Shown here: piece by piece, positions 14,497 to 24,151 of the stretch
Layout of the letters: each line of letters begins with the position of its first letter
How positions within the stretch are numbered: the stretch's first letter is position 1
NCBI GenBank assembly: GCA_016432545.1
Contig: CP066694.1
Span: 1,307,206 to 1,371,205 of the forward strand
Direction of reading: 5' to 3'
Length of the DNA stretch: 64,000 nt
Source of the DNA: an archaeon
Lineage (GTDB): Archaea > Thermoproteota > Nitrososphaeria > Nitrososphaerales > Gagatemarchaeaceae
Made by a program: the position numbers and the translations under genes
Notes under the pieces: model-generated
What the model was told of the DNA's origin: nothing
The model's database searches: none
Seen by the model: the letters and a program-made list of their open reading frames with translations, nothing else

Positions 14497-16647
14497 ATGT
14501 CCGCCCGGGCCCCTCTGACTGTTCCGATGGGCAAGGAGGCCGAGCTCTTCCGCCCCCTCCCAAGCGGTAGGATTCAGTGCACCGCCTGCGCCCGCAACTG
14601 CCAGATTGGTGAGGGTCAGGTCGGGTTCTGTGGAGTAAGAGGAGTGGTCGGCGGCAGTCTCTACCTTCTGGTCTACGGGAAGGTCATGGCCGGGCACATC
14701 GACCCGATTGAGAAGAAGCCGGTGGTCCACTATCGGCCCGGGTCAAAGATCTTCTCGATCGCCACAAGCGGATGTTCATGGGCGTGCCATCCGGCTGGGT
14801 CTCAGGTCTTACTTTCGGACGGCACGACGAAGGCGGTTGAAAGCGTGCTTCCTGGCGACATGCTTTGGTCTTACGACATCAATGCGGGGATGCGCATCGA
14901 ACCCAACGTCGTTACCCATGCGCAGATGTTGACTGGAAGACTTTGGGAGGTGACATACGGCGATAACGACCAAAGACCAATCCTTCTGACAGAAGAGCAC
15001 CCCGTCCTCACCAAGGAGGGCTGGAAGGTGGTCAGCCAATTGGGTGCAGGAGACGAGATTCTTCGGGTTTGGCAGGCACAAACAGAGAGCTGGAACAAGA
15101 AACACGCTGCCCGCGGCAGAACAGGGTTTTTCACCTGCCACAAGTGCGGAGAGAAGCTCATAGGATATGACGACTGGAACCGCCACCGGGGGCGGTGTTA
15201 TACTCTGGGCATGAAGCACTCGGATGAATCGCTCCTCCGAAGCCGCGAGCGGATGAAGGCCAACAACCCGATGAAAGACCCTGATGTGGCCCGGCGTGCG
15301 CTCCAGTCCAGCAAGGAGCGTTTCCTCAGAGATGACACGCATGGATGGCACAGAAACGTCGAGCGACTGCGGACCTGGCTTCATCAGCATCCGTCGAAGT
15401 CTCAGCTCAAACTCTATCCATTGCTGGACTCCTTGGAAATGCCGTACGAGAAGGAGTACCGAGTCAAGTTAGAGAAGCGGCTCGAACACTCGAAGTCGTA
15501 CTACATTGCAGACGCAGCTTTCGTGGAAGAAAAGTTAGATGTCGAGGTCGACGGATGGTGGCACTATCACGACCCTGAAGTCCAAGCCAGTGATCGCATT
15601 AGGGACGAGACCCTCCGAGCAAACGGTTGGGACGTGCTCAGAATCTCTGGCTCCTATTTGTTCAACCACTCCGAAGAGTCGAAAGCACTCGTGGTAGCTC
15701 GTCTGTCGAAGCCCCAGATGGCAAACATGAGGCTCTGGGTTGATGTAAAGTCGTCCCGACCCACTGACAGACAAGAGGCAGTTTACAGTTTCGAAACTAT
15801 CACCGACCACAATTATGTTGCGGATGGGATTCTTGTCCATAATTGTTCATACTGTCAAAATAGCGACATCAGCCAGCTGCGCAAGATCGAAGGGGTCGAT
15901 GCGAGGCCCGATGAAATCGTCTCCAACGCGGTCTCCTACGGCTGCGAGGGGATCGCCTATACTTACAACCAGCCGACAATCTTCATGGAGTACGCCCGGG
16001 ACGTCGGTCGCCTGGCCCGCTCCAAGGGCCTCTTCAACATCTTCGTCTCCAACGGCTACGACACCCCTGAAGCCGTCTCGATGATGAACGAATTCCTAGA
16101 TTGCGTCACAGTAGACTTCAAGGGGAGCGGGGAGACCGGCTTCGTCCGAAAGTACATCTCGATCCCAAACGCCGACCCCATCTTCCAGAGCCTCCTCGAG
16201 GTCAAGGAGAAGACCAAGGTGCACGTCGAGATAACCGATCTCATCGTCCCCGAGGTCGGCGAGTCCCTCGAGGCCGCCGAGAAGCTCTGCCGCTGGGTCT
16301 ACGACAAAATGGGCCCGGAGACTCCGGTCCACTTCCTGCGCTTCCATCCCGACTACAAGATGATGGACCTTCCCCTTACCCCTGTCAAGACGCTTGAAAG
16401 GCACTACGACATCGCGAAGAAAGCCGGGCTCAACTACGTCTACATCGGGAACGTCCCTGGCCACCCCGCCGAGAGCACGTACTGCCCGGGCTGCGGGGGC
16501 GTCCTCATCAAGCGGAACGGGTACGAGATACTGGGCTACAACCTCGACTCGCAGAACCGGTGCACCACCTGCGGGACAAAGACGCCGATCGTCGGCCCGC
16601 TCAGCAAGTCTTACGCTGACGACCGCTTCCTGCCCGTGATTAACTGA
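14497..16647 (+). CDS. amrS: AmmeMemoRadiSam radical SAM enzyme, intein-containing
   Basis: IDPIEKKP; the spliced product restores GCSWACSYCQN (CxxxCxxC); IAYTYN and RFHP motifs. Confidence 0.9.
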   Translation: MSARAPLTVPMGKEAELFRPLPSGRIQCTACARNCQIGEGQVGFCGVRGVVGGSLYLLVYGKVMAGHIDPIEKKPVVHYRPGSKIFSIATSGCSWACHPAGSQVLLSDGTTKAVESVLPGDMLWSYDINAGMRIEPNVVTHAQMLTGRLWEVTYGDNDQRPILLTEEHPVLTKEGWKVVSQLGAGDEILRVWQAQTESWNKKHAARGRTGFFTCHKCGEKLIGYDDWNRHRGRCYTLGMKHSDESLLRSRERMKANNPMKDPDVARRALQSSKERFLRDDTHGWHRNVERLRTWLHQHPSKSQLKLYPLLDSLEMPYEKEYRVKLEKRLEHSKSYYIADAAFVEEKLDVEVDGWWHYHDPEVQASDRIRDETLRANGWDVLRISGSYLFNHSEESKALVVARLSKPQMANMRLWVDVKSSRPTDRQEAVYSFETITDHNYVADGILVHNCSYCQNSDISQLRKIEGVDARPDEIVSNAVSYGCEGIAYTYNQPTIFMEYARDVGRLARSKGLFNIFVSNGYDTPEAVSMMNEFLDCVTVDFKGSGETGFVRKYISIPNADPIFQSLLEVKEKTKVHVEITDLIVPEVGESLEAAEKLCRWVYDKMGPETPVHFLRFHPDYKMMDLPLTPVKTLERHYDIAKKAGLNYVYIGNVPGHPAESTYCPGCGGVLIKRNGYEILGYNLDSQNRCTTCGTKTPIVGPLSKSYADDRFLPVIN
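14785..15843 (+). mobile_element. Intein (353 aa) with DUF559/Vsr-like endonuclease
   Basis: Starts CHPAGSQV; block B TEEHP; ends LVHN followed by Cys; internal IADAA...VEVDGWWH...RDETLRANGWDVLRI. Confidence 0.92.
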
Positions 16648-17587
16648 CAGCTTTCACTTCGAGCTTCTGCTTCACGAACTTCTCGGCGTCCAACAGGGCC
16701 TTGCAACCGTCCGCGGCCGCGGTGACCGCCTGCCTGTACCGAAAGTCGTGCACGTCCCCGGCGACGAAGACCCCCGGGACGCTGCTCTCAGTGTGGTTCT
16801 TGACCGCCACGTAACCCTTCTCGTCCAGCTCGACCTGCCCCCTGAAGATCTCGGTGTTGGGGTCGTACCCGATTGCCACGAAGACCCCGTCGAGCTCCAG
16901 CGTGCTTTCGCCTCCGGTCTTGAGGTTCTTCGTCTTGATCCCGTGCACCTTTCCGTCCCCGAGCACCTCGGTCACGGCCGTGTCCCACAGGAAGCTGATC
17001 TTGGGGTTCTCTCGGGCCTCCTTCTGCAGGGCTGCGCTCGCCCTCAACTCGTCCCTCCTGTGGATGACCTGGACCGAAGACGCGAACTTTGTCAGGAAGG
17101 TCGCCTCCTCCATGGCGGTGTCTCCCCCTCCTACGACAGCGACCTTCTTCCCCCTGAAGAAGAAACCGTCGCAGACCGCGCAGTTCGATACGCCCCTGCC
17201 CATCAGCTTCATCTCCGACGAGAGGTTCAGGCGCCTCGGGTTGGCTCCTGTCGCTATGATCACGCTCAAAGTCCTGGTGACGCCCGACTCGGTGTAGACT
17301 TCGAACGGATGCCTCCGGAAGTCCACCTTGACCACGTCATCCTGGACAAGCCTGGCGCCCAGCCTCTCGGCCTGGGCTCTCATCTTCATAATCAGGTCGG
17401 GGCCGAGCACGGGGTCAGGGAAGCCCGGAAAGTTCTCCACGTCGCTGGTAAGCATTAGCTGCCCTCCGTACTTCGTTCCCATGTAGACCAGGGGGTTGAG
17501 GTCGGCCCTGCAGCCATAGATCGCGGCCGTCAGCCCGGCCGGACCAGAACCGATGATCACCAGCTTCTCTACCGAGTCGCTACTCAT
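16640..17587 (-). CDS. trxB: Thioredoxin reductase
   Basis: IIGSGPAG; CAVCDG; GGGDTA. Confidence 0.95.
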   Translation of the reverse strand: MSSDSVEKLVIIGSGPAGLTAAIYGCRADLNPLVYMGTKYGGQLMLTSDVENFPGFPDPVLGPDLIMKMRAQAERLGARLVQDDVVKVDFRRHPFEVYTESGVTRTLSVIIATGANPRRLNLSSEMKLMGRGVSNCAVCDGFFFRGKKVAVVGGGDTAMEEATFLTKFASSVQVIHRRDELRASAALQKEARENPKISFLWDTAVTEVLGDGKVHGIKTKNLKTGGESTLELDGVFVAIGYDPNTEIFRGQVELDEKGYVAVKNHTESSVPGVFVAGDVHDFRYRQAVTAAADGCKALLDAEKFVKQKLEVKAVS

Positions 17588-17649
17588 CGAGAATGCGCGC
17601 CTTTGCCCGCCTCATAAATTTGCCCCTGGGGAGTAGAGGTGGAGCGGGC

Positions 17650-19308
17650 CTAGAGGAGCTTCGCTTCCTTCTGGACCACGTGGAGCTCATCCGAAAGCTG
17701 GTTGAGCGCCCGTTCGAGCCTCTTGGTGTACTGCGGGAGGAGCCTGTCGTAGACCTCCTTCCTCATCCTCCTCATGTAGTACTGTTCGTACAGGTTCAGC
17801 TTGTCCTTGGTCGCCCTGTCGACCTCCCTCTCTGTCGCGTGGATTTGGTTGAGCAGGTCGAAGAACTTCTGAGTCGTCGACTTCTGCTTGACCTCGTTGA
17901 GCCTCTGGAGGGCCCTGCTCCTGAACGCGTCGAGCCTCCCCCGAACTTCAGCGAAGTACTCCTTGTCGAATTCGTTGGGGTCCTGGCCCGAGATCTCGGC
18001 CCACATCCCGTTGATCAGGGTCGTCTTTTCGTCAAAGGCCTGCACCATGGCAGATGCGCGCTCGGTGGAAGACTCTTCCTCCGTCTCCTCCTCCTCGGTG
18101 ACGGTGCTCCTCGTGACAATCAGACCAACTAGGAGCAGGACGAACACCACTGACGCACCGGGAATCGCCGATTCGACGCCCCATCCGACCGTAGGCGCGT
18201 AGGCTACGCTCACACTTCCTTCCCGCCTAGGTGCGACGTTGGTGAAGGCTCCGGGCGGGGCAGTCACGACCCTGACCCCGTTGGGGACGGTCACGGCAAT
18301 CTTGTATCCGGATACGAACGCGTCGATGGGCGGGGTGTTGGGCAGGTTGAGGACGACCTGACCCCCGGAGGTGGTGTAGTATTTCGAATCCGGCGCGTAC
18401 CTGTAAGTCACAGTGTAGTTTGACCCGGGCGGAACCGGGCTCGCCACGACAGAGGCGGAGAGCGGGATTATGTAGTTGGTAAGGGCGAACCTGACCGGGC
18501 CGAGGAGGCGCGGCTCGATCGGGGGCAGCAGGGTCACCAGGACCCCGGAGGGCGCGAGAGGCTTTACGACCAGGATGTTCAGCTGGTTGGCCCCCAGGTT
18601 CTCAAATGAGATCGAGTCTGTGATTAAGGGAGTCCCGTCGGGGGCGGCTGAGACTGTCCTCGATGCTGAATAGACTGCCAATGGGTGGAGGTCCTCTGCC
18701 GTGGATGTTATGACGGCCCTGATCGAAGTGTTGGCGATTCCAGGGCTAAGGCTCGCGATCGTGTTCGAGTAAGTCACGTTGCTTCCAGCGGAAAGGTCCT
18801 TCAGGCCCTTCGGTCTGGAGGTCAGAACGGTCGAGGGCGGCATCTTGACCACTTCGACGATCTTGTCCACGGTGATGCTGATCGAGGGCCTAGCGAGGAG
18901 CTCGACTACAAGGCTACCGTTCGCCGCCTTCCAGACCATCCCGGTCATGAGCACGGTCAGCGTGAAGTTCTTGGACCCGGACGGAGCTATTGTGCCTCCC
19001 CCGATTACAGTGAACGGGCCGTTGGGCGACTGCGCCGCCAGGCTGAATCCATCACCGATTAGAGAGTAGTTCGCAACCTTGGACGACAGGTTCCCAAACC
19101 CGATCGTCACCGAGGGCACGTCGGCGCCCGTCGTCGAGTTGCTGGAGAAGATGAAGGTCTCGTTGACGTAGGCGTACCCGTATCTCTGGATCTGGTACAC
19201 GCTGCGCACGACCACGTGGGGGGAGCCCTGAGCCTGGGCCAGGGGAACCGACGAAGCGACAGAGACGGCAAGGAGGAGCAAGAAGAAACCTGATACAAAG
19301 CGCTTCAA
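17650..19308 (-). CDS. Type I membrane protein, ribophorin-I-like architecture
   Basis: Signal peptide, two beta-rich repeats, one TM and a cytosolic helical bundle. Confidence 0.6.
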   Translation of the reverse strand: MKRFVSGFFLLLLAVSVASSVPLAQAQGSPHVVVRSVYQIQRYGYAYVNETFIFSSNSTTGADVPSVTIGFGNLSSKVANYSLIGDGFSLAAQSPNGPFTVIGGGTIAPSGSKNFTLTVLMTGMVWKAANGSLVVELLARPSISITVDKIVEVVKMPPSTVLTSRPKGLKDLSAGSNVTYSNTIASLSPGIANTSIRAVITSTAEDLHPLAVYSASRTVSAAPDGTPLITDSISFENLGANQLNILVVKPLAPSGVLVTLLPPIEPRLLGPVRFALTNYIIPLSASVVASPVPPGSNYTVTYRYAPDSKYYTTSGGQVVLNLPNTPPIDAFVSGYKIAVTVPNGVRVVTAPPGAFTNVAPRREGSVSVAYAPTVGWGVESAIPGASVVFVLLLVGLIVTRSTVTEEEETEEESSTERASAMVQAFDEKTTLINGMWAEISGQDPNEFDKEYFAEVRGRLDAFRSRALQRLNEVKQKSTTQKFFDLLNQIHATEREVDRATKDKLNLYEQYYMRRMRKEVYDRLLPQYTKRLERALNQLSDELHVVQKEAKLL

Positions 19309-19364
19309 GGGAACGGGCCAACGCCGCTACGTTCTTATTTTAAGCGTTTTTCGAGCCAAAAAAG

Positions 19365-20744
19365 ATGGGACAACCTCAATCGCGCCATCCGCTCCTCCCC
19401 AATCTCGACGAGGCCCTCGTGGCCAAGATGCTGTCCAAGATCGGCGCAAAGTCCATCGACGAGCTCTTCTCCGACATACCCCCTGGCGTAAGGCTCGGGC
19501 GGGCGCTCAAAGTCCCTGAGGGCGGATCCGAGTACTCTGTAAGGCGGGACGTTCAGAACAGGCTCTCGGCCAACAAGACCCCCCCAGGGTCGCTCTGCTT
19601 CCTTGGTGGAGGCGTCTGGCCACACTACATCCCCGCGGTCGTCGAGTCGATCATGTCCAGGAACGAGTTCTACACTGCCTACACGCCATACCAGGCGGAA
19701 ATCAGCCAGGGCATACTCCAGGCCCTCTTCGAATACCAGAGCCTGATGTGCGACCTCCTCGGCATGGAGGCCTGCAACAGCTCGATGTACGACTGGGCCT
19801 CCGCCGCGGGCGAAGCGGTGAGGATGGCCGCCAGGGTGACCGGTAGGAAGAAGGTCCTGGTGGCGGAGAGCACAAGCCCCAGAAGGCTCGCGGTGATCCG
19901 CACCTACAGCGAGGCTATGGGCGTAGAGATCGTGCCGGTCTCCTTCGACCGGTCCACCGGGACACTCGACTCCTCAGACCTTGTCAAGAAGGCGCCCGAC
20001 TCGGCGTGCCTCTACATCGAGAACCCCAACTACTTCGGGGTCATCGAAGAGGAGTCAGAGCGGGTCGCCTCGCTGGTGAAGGCCTCGGGAGGGCTGACCA
20101 TCGTCGGGGTCGACCCGATATCACTGTCCTTAGTCCGCGAGCCAGGTTCCTACGGGGCAGACATCGTGGTCGGTGAGGGGCAGCCCCTCGGCATCCCGAT
20201 GAACTACGGCGGGCCTCACCTGGGGATCTTCGCCGTCAAGGACCTCAAGCTGGCCCGGAGCATGCCAGGCAGGCTGATTGGCCTCACCTCCTCGGTCGCA
20301 GACCCGGCCAGGAAGGCCTTCGCCATGGTCCTGCAGGCCAGGGAACAGCACATCCGCAGAGAGGGAGCGACCTCCAACGTCTGCACCAACCAGTCGCTGA
20401 TGGCGGTCGCGGCCGCATGCTACCTCTCCCTCCTGGGGAAGGAGGGCTTCCGCTCGCTCGGCGAGGCGGTAATCGCCAACTCTCACTACGCGTCCAGGAG
20501 GCTCTCGAAGGTCAAGGGGGTCTCTTCGCCCCACTTCTCCGGCTCGTTCTTCAAAGAGTTCGTCGTTTCATACGAAAAGGCCCGGGCACCCGCAGTCCAC
20601 GAGCGCCTCGCAAAGGCGAACGTCCTGGCTGGATACCCGCTCGAGCCGGCGACAGGCATCAACGGAGGCGTATACTGCGTCACTGAAGTACACACCCGGG
20701 AAGACATCGAACGTCTCTCGTCCGCGCTGGAGGGGGCCCTGTAG
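19365..20744 (+). CDS. gcvPA: Glycine dehydrogenase subunit 1
   Basis: YTAYTPYQAEISQG; REQHIRR...TSNVCTNQ. Confidence 0.95.
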   Translation: MGQPQSRHPLLPNLDEALVAKMLSKIGAKSIDELFSDIPPGVRLGRALKVPEGGSEYSVRRDVQNRLSANKTPPGSLCFLGGGVWPHYIPAVVESIMSRNEFYTAYTPYQAEISQGILQALFEYQSLMCDLLGMEACNSSMYDWASAAGEAVRMAARVTGRKKVLVAESTSPRRLAVIRTYSEAMGVEIVPVSFDRSTGTLDSSDLVKKAPDSACLYIENPNYFGVIEEESERVASLVKASGGLTIVGVDPISLSLVREPGSYGADIVVGEGQPLGIPMNYGGPHLGIFAVKDLKLARSMPGRLIGLTSSVADPARKAFAMVLQAREQHIRREGATSNVCTNQSLMAVAAACYLSLLGKEGFRSLGEAVIANSHYASRRLSKVKGVSSPHFSGSFFKEFVVSYEKARAPAVHERLAKANVLAGYPLEPATGINGGVYCVTEVHTREDIERLSSALEGAL

Positions 20745-20745
20745 C

Positions 20746-22224
20746 ATGCCGGACAGGTTCAGGCAGGCCAGATGGGACGAGCCGCTCATCAAGGACCTGA
20801 GCCGGCCGGGGCGAGTGGGCATGCTCGCTCCGAGCGACCCCGACGTCATGGCCGAATTCGCCGACCCAATGGCCCTCGTCCCAGCGTCCATGAGGCGGGC
20901 CTCGGTCAGACTCCCCGAGCTCTCTGAGCTCCAGGTCCTGAGGCACTTCAACCGCCTGTCCCAGATGAACTTCTCCGTCGAGCTCGGCATGTACCCCCTG
21001 GGAAGCTGCACCATGAAGTACAACCCGAAGGTCTCCGAGATGATAGCGGGCTCTGACACCATGAAGAACGCTCATCCCCTCCAGCCGGCCGAAACAGTCC
21101 AGGGCATCCTTTCGATCTTCTACGAGCTGGAGCGCGCCCTCTCGGAGATCGCCGGGATGAGCAGGTTCTCCCTCTCGACCGCAGCCGGAGCCCAGGGCGA
21201 GCTCGCAGGGGTCCTGATCATGCGGAAGTTCCTCAGAGACCAGGGTCGCCCCGAGAAGGACGAGATCCTTGTCCCCGACTCCGCCCACGGTACGAACCCG
21301 GCCAGCGCAGCGATGGCGGGCTTCAAGGTGGTCAAGGTCCAGTCAGACGCCTCAGGCCTTGTCAGGGCCAGGGCCGTGTCAGAGCTTGCAGGCCCCAAGA
21401 CTGCGGGGATGATGTTCACCGTCCCCAACACCCTGGGCCTCTTCGAGAGCGAAGTCGTCGAGGTCTCCAAGGCGGTCCACGACGCAGGCGGCCTGATGTA
21501 CTACGACGGGGCGAACATGAACGCCCTCCTGGGGAGGGCACGCCCCGGCGACATGGGCTTTGACATCGTCCACCTCAACCTCCACAAGACCTTCGCTACC
21601 CCCCACGGCGGCGGCGGCCCTGGGGCTGGGCCAGTGGGCGTGAGCAAGGAACTCGCGGACTACCTTCCAGTCCCTGTCGTCTCAAGCGAGGGGGGCAAAT
21701 ACTCGCTTGACTACGGTCTCAAGAACACCATCGGGCCGCTCAAGGGATTCGTGGGTAACTCCGCCATCCTCCTGAGGGCGTACGTCTACATGAGACTCCT
21801 CGGCGCCTCGGGGCTCTCCAACGTCTCCTCGCTCGCGGTCTTGGCAGCCAACTACCTGTGGAAGAGCCTCGACCCCGCGGCCTTCCCCGCCTCCCATGCG
21901 CCCAACCTTAGGAGGAAGCACGAGGCGGTGGTCTCAGTGAAGAGCGACCTGCCGGGCGGCGCCATGACCGTGGCCAAGGCGATCCTCGACTACGGGATGC
22001 ACTCCCCCACGGTCTACTTCCCCCTTATCGTCAGCGAGGCCCTCATGATCGAGCCGACCGAGTCAGAACCGCTGGAGATGTTAGACGAGTACGCCTCCGC
22101 GCTCAACGAGATCTACGACTCGATGAAGGCCGGGACTCTCGGACCCGTCCCGAAGAACACGAGCATCGGGAAGATCGACGAAGTCAAGGCGTCGCATCCG
22201 ATGACGCTGAAGGTCCACTGGTGA
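20746..22224 (+). CDS. gcvPB: Glycine dehydrogenase subunit 2
   Basis: PLGSCTMKYNP; NLHKTFATPHGGGGPG. Confidence 0.95.
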   Translation: MPDRFRQARWDEPLIKDLSRPGRVGMLAPSDPDVMAEFADPMALVPASMRRASVRLPELSELQVLRHFNRLSQMNFSVELGMYPLGSCTMKYNPKVSEMIAGSDTMKNAHPLQPAETVQGILSIFYELERALSEIAGMSRFSLSTAAGAQGELAGVLIMRKFLRDQGRPEKDEILVPDSAHGTNPASAAMAGFKVVKVQSDASGLVRARAVSELAGPKTAGMMFTVPNTLGLFESEVVEVSKAVHDAGGLMYYDGANMNALLGRARPGDMGFDIVHLNLHKTFATPHGGGGPGAGPVGVSKELADYLPVPVVSSEGGKYSLDYGLKNTIGPLKGFVGNSAILLRAYVYMRLLGASGLSNVSSLAVLAANYLWKSLDPAAFPASHAPNLRRKHEAVVSVKSDLPGGAMTVAKAILDYGMHSPTVYFPLIVSEALMIEPTESEPLEMLDEYASALNEIYDSMKAGTLGPVPKNTSIGKIDEVKASHPMTLKVHW

Positions 22225-22323
22225 AGGGATTCTAGGCTCCTAGACGGCCGGGGGGCAAGCCCATCAAGCAAGTGCACGCCTCGCAAATTCCTAAGTATCG
22301 CCCTCTTACAATAGACATCTGGG

Positions 22324-22683
22324 ATGAAGGCCTTTGCAATTCTTGGGATAGTTCTCATGGGAATCGCCCTTGTCCTGGCTGCTTTCGGCACTCACTACGC
22401 GACCAGCTATGAGTTACGGCAAATGCTGCCCCCGCCCACGGTCTCCTGCCCACAACTCGACTCGTGTAATGGCTTAGTCTATTTCCTAACTGAGCCAATA
22501 ACCCACGCTGACTTCATCCTAAACTACGCAGGGATTTTCTTGTCCTTCCTAGGGGCCATATTATTCAGTGGGGTGTATGTACGTTCTCCTCGCGGTTTAC
22601 GTAAGCGGAACGCTGATCGTCAATCTCCCGAGATGAAGGGGAGCAATCGAAGCCAAAAGTCATATAGCATGAAGATGGCGTGA
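22324..22683 (+). CDS. Small two-TM hypothetical protein
   Basis: Two hydrophobic helices; AT-richer than its neighbours. Confidence 0.45.
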   Translation: MKAFAILGIVLMGIALVLAAFGTHYATSYELRQMLPPPTVSCPQLDSCNGLVYFLTEPITHADFILNYAGIFLSFLGAILFSGVYVRSPRGLRKRNADRQSPEMKGSNRSQKSYSMKMA

Positions 22684-23006
22684 AGTTCGAGATGGAGAGC
22701 GACCTCGTGGCACGGGTCACCGAACGTCTCAAGGACATCTTGGACGAAGAGACGAACAGGAAGCTCGGCGAACTGAACACCATCACCGACGTCTCCGAGC
22801 TCCAGCCCGGCACCATCAGGGTCAGGTTCCGCCCGCTTTCGGCCTACAGTCCACTGGCCGTGGACGTCGGCCGGAGCATCCGCGACGCCTGCACGTCAGT
22901 GGAGGGCGTGGCCGCAGTCAGGGTCGAGTGCGTGGGGCACATGATGGACGACCTCGTCAACCGCATCGTCAACAAGGACGAGATCAAGCCAAAGGCCGTC
23001 GGTTAG
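22680..23006 (+). CDS. DUF59/SufT-like Fe-S assembly-related protein
   Basis: LKDILDEET...LGELNTI...RPLSAYSPLA resembles DUF59, with Ser at the usual Cys position. Confidence 0.6.
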   Translation: MKFEMESDLVARVTERLKDILDEETNRKLGELNTITDVSELQPGTIRVRFRPLSAYSPLAVDVGRSIRDACTSVEGVAAVRVECVGHMMDDLVNRIVNKDEIKPKAVG

Positions 23007-23115
23007 GAAAATCTCCGCCGAAAGTGCGCTGTCAACAATCTGTGTACACTTTGTCTAATGTTCTACTGGAGGGCATTGTAAATGCCCGGCGGCACATGGG
23101 GCACGCGCCCAACCA

Positions 23116-24141
23116 ATGTTATCTAAGAATCGCCCGGAAATCACTGCCATCGGCATCGGCAGCGCGGGTTGCAAACTTGTCTCGCTCCTGAGCAGAAGGT
23201 CTCTCCTCGTGGAGAGGTTCGTCTACGTCTCCTGCGACGAAGGGGACCTTACGTTCGCAGACCCTCAAGACTCGATCCTCCTAGAGTCGCCAGTCGACCA
23301 GAAGCTGAGCCCCTCGCTCGTCAGGGGCCTGGCAAACGCCTCCATCTCAAGGATCCGTGAAGCTCTCGCAGGCTCCAAAGTGGTCTTCGTGGTCGCTGGC
23401 CTCGGCGGGGCGACCGGCAGCGGCCTCTCACCCCTGGTGGCCTCCCTTGCGAGCGAGGGCGGGGCGATAACGGTCGGGGTCGCGATGATGCCTTTCGAGT
23501 TCGAGAAGAAGATGAAGTTCTACGCGGGGGTCTCGCTAAAGCACCTCAGAGCCGCCTCGAGGGGCGTGATAGTCGTCGACAACGACGTCCTGATGTCCTC
23601 CACGGGGGACTCGACCCTCACCGGGCTCTACGACTCGGCCAACAGGCAGGCTGTCAAGGCCCTTGGTTCGCTCCTCTCAAGGTCCTCTGGAACCTCCGTA
23701 GCGGTCGGCCTCAACAAGGTCCTCGCAACCGTGCTCCAAGAAGGCTACTCTCTCCTGGGGGTCTCCAACAGTGGTACCGTCGACAAGGCGGAGGACGCTC
23801 TGGCGGGCGCAGTCCTTTCAATCGGGAAGCTTGCAGAGGCGAAGGAGGCCAGCCATGCCGTCGTCATACTCAACGGCAACTCCTCCCTCTCCGGGAAGGA
23901 GGTGGGCCTGGTCGTCGGGCGCCTCGGCTCGATGATCAACAACCAGTCGGTGGACGTGGAGTACGGAGTCAAGTACTCCGGGTCTTCACAGCTCCAGGTT
24001 AGCCTCCTCGCGTCCGGCTTCACCTCGACAAAGTACGACGACTACGACCCCCTGAACAAGATCCTCGGCAAGAGGGTCATAGACGGGGAGATGGACTTCG
24101 CCCTCCCCGAAGGGTTGGAAGGACTACAGTCCTGCGAATAG
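23116..24141 (+). CDS. ftsZ: Divergent FtsZ/tubulin-family protein
   Basis: AGLGGATGSG signature; MPFEFE; VVDND. Confidence 0.8.
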   Translation: MLSKNRPEITAIGIGSAGCKLVSLLSRRSLLVERFVYVSCDEGDLTFADPQDSILLESPVDQKLSPSLVRGLANASISRIREALAGSKVVFVVAGLGGATGSGLSPLVASLASEGGAITVGVAMMPFEFEKKMKFYAGVSLKHLRAASRGVIVVDNDVLMSSTGDSTLTGLYDSANRQAVKALGSLLSRSSGTSVAVGLNKVLATVLQEGYSLLGVSNSGTVDKAEDALAGAVLSIGKLAEAKEASHAVVILNGNSSLSGKEVGLVVGRLGSMINNQSVDVEYGVKYSGSSQLQVSLLASGFTSTKYDDYDPLNKILGKRVIDGEMDFALPEGLEGLQSCE

Positions 24142-24151
24142 CCCCGGCCCT

